This document shows, piece by piece, positions 36,405-45,779 of a DNA stretch of 64,000 nt (positions within the stretch are counted from its first letter, which is position 1; the number at the start of each line of letters is the position of its first letter). The stretch comes from an uncultured Flavobacteriaceae bacterium (GTDB lineage: Bacteria > Bacteroidota > Bacteroidia > Flavobacteriales > Flavobacteriaceae). The translations under genes and the position numbers were made by a program. The stretch covers positions 807 through 64,806 of the forward strand of contig CAJQNF010000061.1 of assembly GCA_905479625.1 (NCBI GenBank), in the 5' to 3' direction. The notes under the pieces were generated by a model. The model worked only from the letters and a program-made list of their open reading frames with translations. It had not been told where the DNA came from and made no database searches.

Positions 36405-36492
36405 TAACAAAAATTCTCACAAGATTTTGTTAACATTAATGATTAATTTTGAGTTAGTAAGCTAAAGCACTTCTGTATCCAGAGGTGCTTTA
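36405..36492 (+). ncRNA. Putative small RNA, paralog 3 of 3
   Basis: 5' hairpin TAACAAAA/TTTTGTTA 36405-36432, core 36439-36465, terminator TAAAGCACTTCTG/CAGAGGTGCTTTA 36463-36492. Confidence 0.7.
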
Positions 36493-36504
36493 TTCTTTTA
36501 AGAC

Positions 36505-37317
36505 TTATAATCTCCCAATAAACTCTTCAACAAGCTTACTGATCATATTTTCAGAAGACTTGGCCGCAATTTGAACAGCTTCATGAGAAACTTCTTCAAT
36601 TTTTCCTTCAATACCAAGATCAGTGATCACTGACAATCCAAAACACTCCATACCCATATGTTTGGCTACGATTACCTCAGGAACTGTGCTCATTCCAACT
36701 GCGTCTGCTCCCATTAGTTTAACCATACGGTATTCAGCCGGGGTCTCAAAAGTAGGTCCTTGTAAAGCGAGATACACGCCTTCTTTTATATCCAATTTAT
36801 TCTCAATAGCAATAGACCTCATCAATCTGACCATTTTTAGGCTATAGGGTTCGTGCATATCTACAAATCGAGGTCCAAATCTTTCTTCATTTTCACCCCT
36901 TAGAGGATGTTCAGGCATCATGTTGATATGGTCTGTAATGATCATCACGTCACCTACCTTGAATTCTGGGTTAACTCCTCCACAGGCATTAGATACCATT
37001 AATTTTTCTATACCCAGCAACTTCATAACACGAATCGGAAAGGTAACTTCCGACATTTCCCATCCCTCATAATAATGAAACCTGCCTTGCATGACAACCA
37101 CTTTTTTACCCGCCAGCTCTCCATATATTAAAGTACCTGAATGTCCAGAAACAGTACTTACCGGAAAATTAGGAATATCATGATATGGGATTTTCTTCTC
37201 TATTTTAATCATTTTCACTATTCCCCCAAGACCGGTTCCCAACACGATTCCAATTTCAGGTTTTTCTAATCCTATATCCATTAAAAACCTGGCAGTTTCC
37301 TTAATTTTTTCGTACAT
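36505..37317 (-). CDS. Purine-nucleoside phosphorylase (trimeric type)
   Basis: LGTGLG, GRFHYYEG, GPTFETPAE, AVGMSTVPE motifs. Confidence 0.95.
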   Translation of the reverse strand: MYEKIKETARFLMDIGLEKPEIGIVLGTGLGGIVKMIKIEKKIPYHDIPNFPVSTVSGHSGTLIYGELAGKKVVVMQGRFHYYEGWEMSEVTFPIRVMKLLGIEKLMVSNACGGVNPEFKVGDVMIITDHINMMPEHPLRGENEERFGPRFVDMHEPYSLKMVRLMRSIAIENKLDIKEGVYLALQGPTFETPAEYRMVKLMGADAVGMSTVPEVIVAKHMGMECFGLSVITDLGIEGKIEEVSHEAVQIAAKSSENMISKLVEEFIGRL

Positions 37318-38332
37318 AATTTTGAATTATTTCATTAAACTTTTTACCCTCTTCCATTATTACTGTATTGATCGGAAGATAATACACGGGAAGAGTGACT
37401 TTAAGAAAACTTCTGACAAAGTCCTTTTCTGTTGTAAGAATTAGTTTTCTTTCATTATTCATGTCTTTAAATCTAGAGGCGATTCGCTTTTGCTCCTGCT
37501 TACCAATAAATTGATGATCAGCATATTTTATATGCTCAATATCTAATTTACTTTTCTGAAGGAATTCAACCAAAGGTTTTGAATTTGCAATTCCGGTAAC
37601 CAGTAATATCTTGTGTTCTCTCAATTCATGTAAAGAAATCTTATCATCATCGGAATATATATGTTCATCATATGCTATAGCGCTGAAGAATACTTCCTGA
37701 TACTTTTTGGGCGCAATCCTTTTGATGATATCCAAACGCTTTTTTTCACTTAAATTTGGAGGGCATTTACTCACAATGATCAAATCTGCTCTATCTGCTC
37801 CTTTTCGTCCCTCTCTTAAAGTACCCGTAGGTAAAAGAAAATCATCCACATACAATTTCTCAAAGGCTGTCAAAAGTATATACATTCCGGCTTTAACGTA
37901 CCGATGCTGAAAGGCATCATCAAGTAAGATCAGATTAAGGTCCGGTTTAAGCTGTTGAAGTGTTTCTATTCCTCTTACCCTTTTTTCATCAACAGCAACC
38001 TCCAATCTCTTAAATTTACGATAGAATTGAAAAGGTTCATCTCCTAGTTCCAGGGCTGTACAACCGGGCGTCGCTAATACGAATCCTTTTGTTTTTCTTC
38101 CGTATCCCCTACTTAAAACCGCAGGCTGATAAGATTCATTAAAAAGTCGAATTAAGTATTCGATCATTGGAGATTTTCCTGTTCCTCCAACATTTAGGTT
38201 TCCTACAGCAATTACAGGAATATCAAAAGACTTGGAATTTAACCAGCCAATATCAAAGGCCTTATTCCGAATACTAATGATGAGTCCATAAAAAAAGGAA
38301 ATGGGATATAATATTTTTCGAATCAAATTCAC
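37301..38332 (-). CDS. lpxK: Tetraacyldisaccharide 4'-kinase
   Basis: VGNLNVGGTGKSP, LSRGYGR, GDEP, LDDAFQHR, TTEKD motifs. Confidence 0.95.
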   Translation of the reverse strand: MNLIRKILYPISFFYGLIISIRNKAFDIGWLNSKSFDIPVIAVGNLNVGGTGKSPMIEYLIRLFNESYQPAVLSRGYGRKTKGFVLATPGCTALELGDEPFQFYRKFKRLEVAVDEKRVRGIETLQQLKPDLNLILLDDAFQHRYVKAGMYILLTAFEKLYVDDFLLPTGTLREGRKGADRADLIIVSKCPPNLSEKKRLDIIKRIAPKKYQEVFFSAIAYDEHIYSDDDKISLHELREHKILLVTGIANSKPLVEFLQKSKLDIEHIKYADHQFIGKQEQKRIASRFKDMNNERKLILTTEKDFVRSFLKVTLPVYYLPINTVIMEEGKKFNEIIQNYVRKN

Positions 38333-38365
38333 TTAGACCAAAATACAAAAATCCTCACGGATTAT

Positions 38366-39511
38366 CTAAAAAGAAACGTAATCAACTACTTCCAGTCCGT
38401 AACCAATCATTCCAACTCGTTTTCCAGAATACTTACTGTTAGATATTAATTTAATTTTATTGATATTCAAATCATGAAGAATTTGAGCCCCTATTCCAAA
38501 ATCTTTTTCATCCATTTTCAATAAAAGCTCAGGACTATCCTTACCAAGTTCTATATTTTTAAGATGTTTTAATCTGTTGATTAGGTCATATGAAGGATAT
38601 TCCTGATTGATAAATACAATGGCTCCTTTACCCTCCTTATTGATAATATCAAACATTTTAGCGAGTTTATCATCAGGGTTGTTCATTAGGGTTCCTACAA
38701 TATCATTATTGATCAATGTCGAATTTACCCTAACAAGCACTTCTTCACCTAAATCCCAACTTCCCTTGGTAAGCGCCAGATGTATCTGACCGTTAGTTGT
38801 TTGCTTATAGGCTCTTAAACAATACTTTCCAAACCTTGTTTGAACTCCAAAATCTTCAATTTTATCGATTAAAGAATCATGATTCATTCTGTATGCGACA
38901 AGATCTTCAATAGATACTATCTTAAGGTCATATTTTTTAGCTACTGTCATCAATTGAGGCAAGCGCGCCATAGTTCCGTCCTCATTAAGAATTTCCACTA
39001 ATAGTCCGGCAGGCTGCAAACCCGCCAATCTGGCTAAATCAATAGCCGCTTCAGTATGTCCTGTTCTTCTTAAAACACCTCCTTCTTTGGCTCTTAATGG
39101 AAAAATATGACCAGGTCTTCCAAGATCCTCGGCCTTGGTTTCTTTCATTGTCAGTGCCTTCACTGTTTTCGACCGATCATGGGTGGAAATTCCTGTTGTA
39201 CAACCGTGACCTATCAAATCAACAGAAACCGTAAATTGGGTATTGTGAAGCACCGTGTTTTTCCCCACCATCAATTCAAGATCAAGTTCCTCACATCTGG
39301 TTTCTGTCAAGGGGGCACAAATCAATCCTCGACCATTGGTTGCCATAAAATTGATCATTTCGGGTGTGACCATTTCAGCAGCAGCTACAAAATCACCTTC
39401 ATTCTCTCTACTCTCATCATCTACAACAATGATCATTTTACCTGCTTTAATATCTTCAATAGCTTCTTCTATAGCATTGAGTTTGATAACAGGTTTAGTT
39501 TTATTCTCCAT
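38366..39511 (-). CDS. ribB: 3,4-dihydroxy-2-butanone-4-phosphate synthase fused to a degenerate GTP cyclohydrolase II-like domain
   Basis: DDESRENEGD, RPGHIFPL, RTGHTEA; C-terminal domain lacks the Zn-binding Cys residues. Confidence 0.9.
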   Translation of the reverse strand: MENKTKPVIKLNAIEEAIEDIKAGKMIIVVDDESRENEGDFVAAAEMVTPEMINFMATNGRGLICAPLTETRCEELDLELMVGKNTVLHNTQFTVSVDLIGHGCTTGISTHDRSKTVKALTMKETKAEDLGRPGHIFPLRAKEGGVLRRTGHTEAAIDLARLAGLQPAGLLVEILNEDGTMARLPQLMTVAKKYDLKIVSIEDLVAYRMNHDSLIDKIEDFGVQTRFGKYCLRAYKQTTNGQIHLALTKGSWDLGEEVLVRVNSTLINNDIVGTLMNNPDDKLAKMFDIINKEGKGAIVFINQEYPSYDLINRLKHLKNIELGKDSPELLLKMDEKDFGIGAQILHDLNINKIKLISNSKYSGKRVGMIGYGLEVVDYVSF

Positions 39512-39521
39512 AAATCCCGAA

Positions 39522-40958
39522 TTATTTTTTATCTAATTTAAATATTTTATTAATGACATTGACCATAGGCTGCAAAAACGCATCCAGGTTGAAAATACCT
39601 TTATCATTTGTTGCTCTGATCATTAACAATACCCCAAAAGGAAGTAAAACAAATGTCGCTAGCCATCCTCCAATAAACGGGGATACCCTGCCTGACTCGG
39701 CCATATTCTTACCAAATGTTGAAATAAAGAAATAGATCACAAAAATAGTAACTGCTATGATCATGGGAAGTCCAAATCCACCTTTCCTAATGATTGACCC
39801 CAAGGGTGTCCCAACAAAGAACAGCACCAAACAGGCAATCGAAAAAGCAATTCTTTTGTGAAATTCAACATTGTATCCGTTAAGGATTTTACGTTTATCT
39901 TTTAATGTTTCTTTGAAGCTTTTTAGATTTTCCAGATTTCCTTGTGCAGCGATATAAGCGTTTTTAGCCACAAGTTTTTTATCCTTATCAGTAAAATTCT
40001 CAATGATCTCAGCTTGCAGAGGTTCACCACCAACAGTATCAGTCATCAATAAATTACCCTTTAAGGTCTTATAAACGCGATCTGCCCTATTATTGACAAA
40101 AACATGATAGGGGCTTTGCAGGGAGTCTATAAAAAAGTCCAATTGATTGAGGCTCAGCATTTCCTTCCCGGTTTTATATTTCACATCATCCGGATCAAAA
40201 TCTCCTATGCTCGAGACATCAATATTAACCTCATATTTGTCAAAATGTGCCTTGGTAAAAGGAGCCTTTGCTCTTGATTCAACTGTGGTCTTATTCGCAA
40301 TCATATCTTCAGCGTAATAGCCGTCTTCCAGGATAAGTGTTAGGTAACGACTCCCTTCTTCTGAGACAATCTCCCCTTTTTTAGCAGTGATCACCTTATT
40401 ATTTACTGTATTTGACCTCAGGTCATAAATCAATACGTTTTTCAGAAAATTGTCATCTTCTCCATACTTTTCTTCGAACTTGATACTGTAATTTGGAATT
40501 TCTGTATTAAAGGTGCCAGGAACCAGCGCTAAACCGGGCTCTTTCATTTTCATGTTATAAATCAAGTTCTTTGATTTCAAGGAAGCATATGGAAATACAT
40601 AATTCAGAAATAAAAAATTGGAAAAACTTAGCACCAACATCAATATAATTAAAGGCCGAATAAACTTCTGAAGTGATATTCCCGCTGATTTTACCGCGGC
40701 AAACTCGTAGTTCTCTGCCATATTCCCCAGGGCCATGATCGACGATAATAATATAGCAATTGGCAAAGCTGTTGGGACCATCATGAGTGCCATATAGCCC
40801 AAAAATTTCAGAATGATCAGCACACTAATACCCTTTCCCGCAATTTTATCAAACTGTAACCATAAGGCCTGCATGATCAATACAAACAAGATGATAAAAA
40901 AAGTTGCCACAAAAGGCGCAAGAAAACTTTTAAGTATATATCTGTTTAGAATTTTCAT
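39522..40958 (-). CDS. LptF/LptG family LPS export permease
   Basis: N-terminal TMs, EFAAVKSAGIS, periplasmic domain, PLGSIIRKGG. Confidence 0.9.
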   Translation of the reverse strand: MKILNRYILKSFLAPFVATFFIILFVLIMQALWLQFDKIAGKGISVLIILKFLGYMALMMVPTALPIAILLSSIMALGNMAENYEFAAVKSAGISLQKFIRPLIILMLVLSFSNFLFLNYVFPYASLKSKNLIYNMKMKEPGLALVPGTFNTEIPNYSIKFEEKYGEDDNFLKNVLIYDLRSNTVNNKVITAKKGEIVSEEGSRYLTLILEDGYYAEDMIANKTTVESRAKAPFTKAHFDKYEVNIDVSSIGDFDPDDVKYKTGKEMLSLNQLDFFIDSLQSPYHVFVNNRADRVYKTLKGNLLMTDTVGGEPLQAEIIENFTDKDKKLVAKNAYIAAQGNLENLKSFKETLKDKRKILNGYNVEFHKRIAFSIACLVLFFVGTPLGSIIRKGGFGLPMIIAVTIFVIYFFISTFGKNMAESGRVSPFIGGWLATFVLLPFGVLLMIRATNDKGIFNLDAFLQPMVNVINKIFKLDKK

Positions 40959-40987
40959 ACAGCACAATTCATTATATGATGATCAAT

Positions 40988-41653
40988 TTAATTGTTGATC
41001 ATATAATTCAATTCTTCATATTTTTTTTGGTCGAATGCAAAAATGGCCGCATTCATTTCTTGATTCGTTTTGATATTTTTTGCAGTCAAAATAGTGCGCG
41101 TTTGGTTGACACCGATCTCGATGACCTGATAGATATGATTTGTTTTTGTATCAATTCCTACAAGTATATTCGTAACCTCGGAATCAGTATCAATGGGTGT
41201 CAACTTCACAAACTGTATTTTTTTACCAGCTATTTGCTTTAGCTCATCCATTTTATAGGTATAGCCAGACTCATAGAAAGAGTAAAATTTTGATGGCGTA
41301 AAAGTATTTTCTTCATCAAGGTCTTCGTCAGAAATGTTGACCTCTTCATTCTCAGGGATAATGGTATAAGTCTTTGAACCGTCAAATATCTGAGTAGACC
41401 CAAACAAGTTCACTATGTATTTTTCTCCTTTAATAATGACGTCACCTGACATTTCCTGTTTAACATCTTCTGCCTTATTATCGAGTACATAGTCAAAATC
41501 CATCGATAAATTACTATAGGCACTCATTGTGCCAGATGCCTTATCCAAAATGGATTTTGCTGTTTGATCGCTTTGAGCCAGGGCCAAATCAGACCAAAAT
41601 ATGGTCAATACAAGTCCTATCCAAATACCTAATTTTAGTCTAATTTTGTTCAT
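40988..41653 (-). CDS. lolA: LolA-like lipoprotein carrier
   Basis: Signal peptide, IFDGSKTY motif, position directly after ftsK. Confidence 0.8.
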   Translation of the reverse strand: MNKIRLKLGIWIGLVLTIFWSDLALAQSDQTAKSILDKASGTMSAYSNLSMDFDYVLDNKAEDVKQEMSGDVIIKGEKYIVNLFGSTQIFDGSKTYTIIPENEEVNISDEDLDEENTFTPSKFYSFYESGYTYKMDELKQIAGKKIQFVKLTPIDTDSEVTNILVGIDTKTNHIYQVIEIGVNQTRTILTAKNIKTNQEMNAAIFAFDQKKYEELNYMINN

Positions 41654-44066
41654 CTTCTAATAATTGTTGTAGAGAAGCCAGATCGGTTATAAGAACCTGC
41701 CTTGCCTTACTTCCTTCAAAAGGGCCAACTATATTGGCCGCTTCAAGTTGATCAATGATCCTTCCCGCTCTGTTATAACCCAATTTTAATTTTCTTTGCA
41801 ATAGTGATGCGGATCCTTGTTGTGCGATCACTATCAATTTGGCAGCTTCTTCAAATAATTTATCTCTGCTTTCAATATCTATGTCAATACCTGTGCCATT
41901 TTCTTCACCAACATATTCCGGCAAATTATGGGCAGTGACATAAGCCCTTTGAGACCCTATAAAATCCGTTAAATTCTCTACTTCAGGTGTGTCAATAAAT
42001 GCACATTGTAAACGTGTCAGTTCATTTCCTGTTGAAATCAGCATATCTCCTTTACCAATGAGTTGGTCAGCGCCTTGAGAATCAAGAATTGTTCTCGAAT
42101 CTATTTTTGATGTTACACGAAAAGCTACACGCACAGGGAAGTTTGCTTTAATGATACCTGTGATCACATTCACGGATGGTCTTTGTGTCGCCACGATCAA
42201 GTGTATACCAATGGCCCTTGCCAATTGAGCCAATCTTGCTATTGGTGCTTCGATCTCTTTTCCTGCAGTCATAATCAGATCTGCAAATTCATCTATAACC
42301 AATACAATATATGGCAAAAATTTATGACCATTTTCCGGGTTGAGCTTGCGTGCTATAAACTTGGTATTATACTCCTTTATATTTCTTACATAGGCATTCT
42401 TGAGCAGATCATAACGGTTATCCATCTCTATACACAGCGAATTTAAGGTGTTGATCACCATCTTTGTATCTGTGATAATGGCTTCTTCAGTATCTGGTAA
42501 TTTTGCGAGATAATGTCTTTCTATCTTATTGAATAACGTTAGCTCTACCTTTTTGGGATCTACCAAGACGAATTTTACTTCAGCTGGGTGTTTTTTATAT
42601 AACAAGGAGGCTAACACAGCATTGAGCCCCACAGATTTTCCCTGACCAGTTGCTCCCGCCATCAGTAAATGTGGCATTTTCGCCAGATCAATAACAAAGG
42701 TTTCATTAGATATGGTCTTACCAAGCGCAATGGGAAGGTCCATTTTAGTGTTCTGAAACTTCTCTGATGACAACACGGATTTCATAGAAACAATTGAAGG
42801 CTTCTTATTTGGCACCTCAATCCCAATTGTACCTTTACCCGGTATTGGAGCTATGATCCTTATACCCAAAGCTGATAACGATAATGCAATATCATCTTCC
42901 AGATTCTTTATTTTAGAGATCCTGACTCCTGCATCCGGTACGATCTCATAGAGCGTTACCGTAGGTCCGATGGTTGCTTTAATGCTGGCGATACTAATTT
43001 TATAATTGTTTAGTGTCTCAACGATCCTATTCTTATTATTTTCTAGTTCCTGTTTATTGATATGTATGTTTTCATTGGAATAATCCTTCAACAAATTCAA
43101 TTCCGGAAATTTATAACGAGCGAGCTCTAGTTTCGGATCAAATTCACCAAAGTCTTTTACCAAGCTGTTGGCCAGGTTTTTTTCTGTATGCTCCTCATGA
43201 ATAGGGTTTTCCACAACGATCTCAATATCTTCTTCTACAGTTGATTCAACTTCTAAAGGTTCCTCTATAGCAATTGGATCATTTTCAGTTTTAGTTACCT
43301 CAGGCTCAAGAATAACAGCTTCGTCTTCCGTTGGTTTATTATCAATAGTTTCAAATGAATCGAGTTCTAACTCGAGTTCATTCTCAAGACTATCATAAGT
43401 CGTTGCTTTGAGAAAACCATCTTCAGTTACGTCCTCCTCAAAAATCAGGTCCTTTTTAACTTTAGGCTTAGGCTTTGGCATCCAGGATTTTACCTTAGCC
43501 GGAGTTACTTTAAAGCTGGCAATAAGGAAAACAAATAAGGAAATCAACAGCAGTAATAAAACCCCTATTCCTCCTATATAGATCTCCAGGAATTCATTAA
43601 TTTCAAAGCCAACCTTACCTCCCAGTAATGGGTATTCAGGTCTTATAAAAGCCAAGCCCAGAGAAAGCCAAATCATTGTTAACATCCCATTAAACCAGGA
43701 TTTAAACAATTGTTTAACAGGGATATTTAGTATGATATAAAGTCCGGTAAAAAATAATAGGATGGGAAAAATAAAGGTTGCTGCCCCGAAACCGTCAAAG
43801 ACAAAGAAATTACTCAAATTTGCCCCCAATTTTCCTAATAAATTATTAGCGCTGAGCGTTTTATCTGAAAAACTCTCCAGTATACTTTGATCCTCCTTCC
43901 AGTGTAGTAAAAATGAATAAAAGGAGATGAGTAGAAAAATAGCCGACGAAAACACAAATACCCCAAAGACTAGATGCGTTTGCTGGTTTTTAAACAAGCT
44001 GACAATCCTTGATGGTTTTTTTACCTTTTTCTTAGTTCTGGAAGTTGTTTTTTTTCCTTTAGACAT
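41640..44066 (-). CDS. ftsK: DNA translocase FtsK
   Basis: N-terminal TMs, MPHLLMAGATGQGKS, IDEFADL, gamma domain LQRKLKLGYNRAGR. Confidence 0.96.
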   Translation of the reverse strand: MSKGKKTTSRTKKKVKKPSRIVSLFKNQQTHLVFGVFVFSSAIFLLISFYSFLLHWKEDQSILESFSDKTLSANNLLGKLGANLSNFFVFDGFGAATFIFPILLFFTGLYIILNIPVKQLFKSWFNGMLTMIWLSLGLAFIRPEYPLLGGKVGFEINEFLEIYIGGIGVLLLLLISLFVFLIASFKVTPAKVKSWMPKPKPKVKKDLIFEEDVTEDGFLKATTYDSLENELELELDSFETIDNKPTEDEAVILEPEVTKTENDPIAIEEPLEVESTVEEDIEIVVENPIHEEHTEKNLANSLVKDFGEFDPKLELARYKFPELNLLKDYSNENIHINKQELENNKNRIVETLNNYKISIASIKATIGPTVTLYEIVPDAGVRISKIKNLEDDIALSLSALGIRIIAPIPGKGTIGIEVPNKKPSIVSMKSVLSSEKFQNTKMDLPIALGKTISNETFVIDLAKMPHLLMAGATGQGKSVGLNAVLASLLYKKHPAEVKFVLVDPKKVELTLFNKIERHYLAKLPDTEEAIITDTKMVINTLNSLCIEMDNRYDLLKNAYVRNIKEYNTKFIARKLNPENGHKFLPYIVLVIDEFADLIMTAGKEIEAPIARLAQLARAIGIHLIVATQRPSVNVITGIIKANFPVRVAFRVTSKIDSRTILDSQGADQLIGKGDMLISTGNELTRLQCAFIDTPEVENLTDFIGSQRAYVTAHNLPEYVGEENGTGIDIDIESRDKLFEEAAKLIVIAQQGSASLLQRKLKLGYNRAGRIIDQLEAANIVGPFEGSKARQVLITDLASLQQLLEDEQN

Positions 44067-44133
44067 AAGTCACAAAAATACACAAATAATTTAGCATACA
44101 AACCTACGTATTCAAATCGAAACTAAATGAAAT

Positions 44134-44505
44134 CTAAAGAAATTTTGGCAAGTAAATAAACAGGCCAATAATAATGGCAGTAACTGCTGCAAAGCTAACA
44201 GCACCAGCTGCAATGTCCTTGATGAAACCTATCTTCTTATCGTGTTCAGGTTGAACAAAATCACAAAGTTTCTCAATACAGGTATTCAAAGATTCCGCTA
44301 CCAGAACTAGTCCAATAGCGAGAATCTGAAATAACCATTCGGTTTTTGTAATATCCATCCACCAGCCAATAAAGGATATCAAAATGCCAATCGCCATTTG
44401 AACCATAATACTGTGTTCGGTAGTGATCAACAGCCAGACACCTTTTACAGCGAATTTCAAACTTTTGACCCTTCCCTTTACAAAACCATCTTGCTGATTA
44501 TCCAT
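44134..44505 (-). CDS. Diacylglycerol kinase family (DgkA-like)
   Basis: ESLNTCIEKLCD...KDIAAGAV. Confidence 0.9.
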   Translation of the reverse strand: MDNQQDGFVKGRVKSLKFAVKGVWLLITTEHSIMVQMAIGILISFIGWWMDITKTEWLFQILAIGLVLVAESLNTCIEKLCDFVQPEHDKKIGFIKDIAAGAVSFAAVTAIIIGLFIYLPKFL

Positions 44506-44547
44506 GGATATGCTTTAGGTACATTTACTGTGAAGCTGACCCGTCAA

Positions 44548-45048
44548 TTATTTTAAAGCAGCCAAAGCAGCTTCGTAATCAGGCTCTTGAGTAATTTCAG
44601 GTACCTGTTCAGTATAGGTTACCAAGCCTTTCTCATCAACTATAACTACAGCTCTGGACAAGAGTCCTTTCATTGGTCCGTTTTTTATGGTAGCCCCATA
44701 TCTTCTTCCAAACTTTCCCTTTGCGAAATCTGATAACGTGATCACATTCTCTATTCCTTCTGCAGCACAAAAACGAGAATGAGCAAACGGAAGGTCCTTT
44801 GTAACGTGCAATACCACAGTATTATCCAACCCGGCTGCTTCCTCATTAAACTTTCTCAATGAATTTGCACAAATCCCAGTATCAATGCTAGGAGTGATAT
44901 TGATCAATACTTTTTTACCTTTAAATTCTTTTAGGCTTGCAGTTGACAGATCTGTTTTTACTAATTTGAATTTTGGTGCTTTTTTTCCAATTTTCGGCAA
45001 CTTTCCAATTGTTTTAATTGAATTTCCTTTGAGTGTTATTTTGGTCAT
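44548..45048 (-). CDS. tpx: Thiol peroxidase
   Basis: PSIDTGIC, DLPFAHSRFC, EPDY motifs. Confidence 0.95.
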   Translation of the reverse strand: MTKITLKGNSIKTIGKLPKIGKKAPKFKLVKTDLSTASLKEFKGKKVLINITPSIDTGICANSLRKFNEEAAGLDNTVVLHVTKDLPFAHSRFCAAEGIENVITLSDFAKGKFGRRYGATIKNGPMKGLLSRAVVIVDEKGLVTYTEQVPEITQEPDYEAALAALK

Positions 45049-45091
45049 AATTTTATATTATTGATTTACTCTATCAAAGTTACATAAAATA

Positions 45092-45121
45092 AAAAACTCC
45101 CTAAACAATTAGGGAGTTTTT
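45092..45121 (-). terminator. Intrinsic terminator of the ahpC-trx-hypothetical operon
   Basis: AAAAACTCCCTAA / TTAGGGAGTTTTT inverted repeat. Confidence 0.85.
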
Positions 45122-45150
45122 GTATGCATTAAAACTTGTAAAGTTTAACC

Positions 45151-45408
45151 TTACTGATCAATAGAACCCAAAACTCTTTTCATAAAGCCGTTCAATGCTT
45201 CCTTTTTAGATGCTCCTTTTTTCACTTCTGCATGTACTTCAAGTGCGCCATACATATTTGAAATTAATTCTCCAATAACATCCAATTCCTCATCTTTTAG
45301 TGAACTGATTTCTGTAAGATCCTCTAACACTTCAATGGCTTCTACCAAATAATCTTCATCATTATTCTCAATAAAAGTACTCAAATGCTTAATTACAGGT
45401 AATTTCAT
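45151..45408 (-). CDS. Conserved small acidic helical protein (DUF6952-like)
   Basis: MKLPVIKHL...ELDVIGELISNMYGA...FMKRVLGSID; family name from memory. Confidence 0.75.
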   Translation of the reverse strand: MKLPVIKHLSTFIENNDEDYLVEAIEVLEDLTEISSLKDEELDVIGELISNMYGALEVHAEVKKGASKKEALNGFMKRVLGSIDQ

Positions 45409-45432
45409 AGTAGTTTATTTTAGGCTAATACA

Positions 45433-45741
45433 TTAAACGATTTCATCCACCAAGTCCTTCAACACTTCAAACTTATTGGTTTGAGTCTGATTGATCTTTT
45501 TCCCATTTACAAAAGTTGCAAAGGTTGGCAAGTTATCAACAAGCGCCAGTTTTCTTGACTCAGGGAATTTCTCCGCATCTACCAAAACAAATTCCATATC
45601 TTGGTTTTCACCAGCCAATTTCCTGAATTTTGGTTTCATAATCCTGCAATTACCACACCAGGTAGCCATGTATTGAACTACCACCTTTTGATTATTGCCA
45701 ATTACTTCAGCCAAGCTATCGCTATTCAATTCTGTCATCAT
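45433..45741 (-). CDS. Thioredoxin family protein
   Basis: WCGNC motif, NLPTF cis-Pro loop. Confidence 0.92.
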   Translation of the reverse strand: MMTELNSDSLAEVIGNNQKVVVQYMATWCGNCRIMKPKFRKLAGENQDMEFVLVDAEKFPESRKLALVDNLPTFATFVNGKKINQTQTNKFEVLKDLVDEIV

Positions 45742-45779
45742 AAGTTATTGTTTAATGGTTCTTGTATTAAAAAAATAAA

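Noticed and set aside
35923-36465. CRISPR array interpretation of the three identical 27-mers
   Set aside because: Spacers would be about 225-240 bp, each repeat is embedded in a promoter-hairpin-terminator unit, and no cas genes are in the window.
35890-36492. tRNA, REP or MITE interpretation of the repeats
   Set aside because: No cloverleaf, T-loop or CCA; no terminal inverted repeats or target duplications; I saw no other copies in the window.
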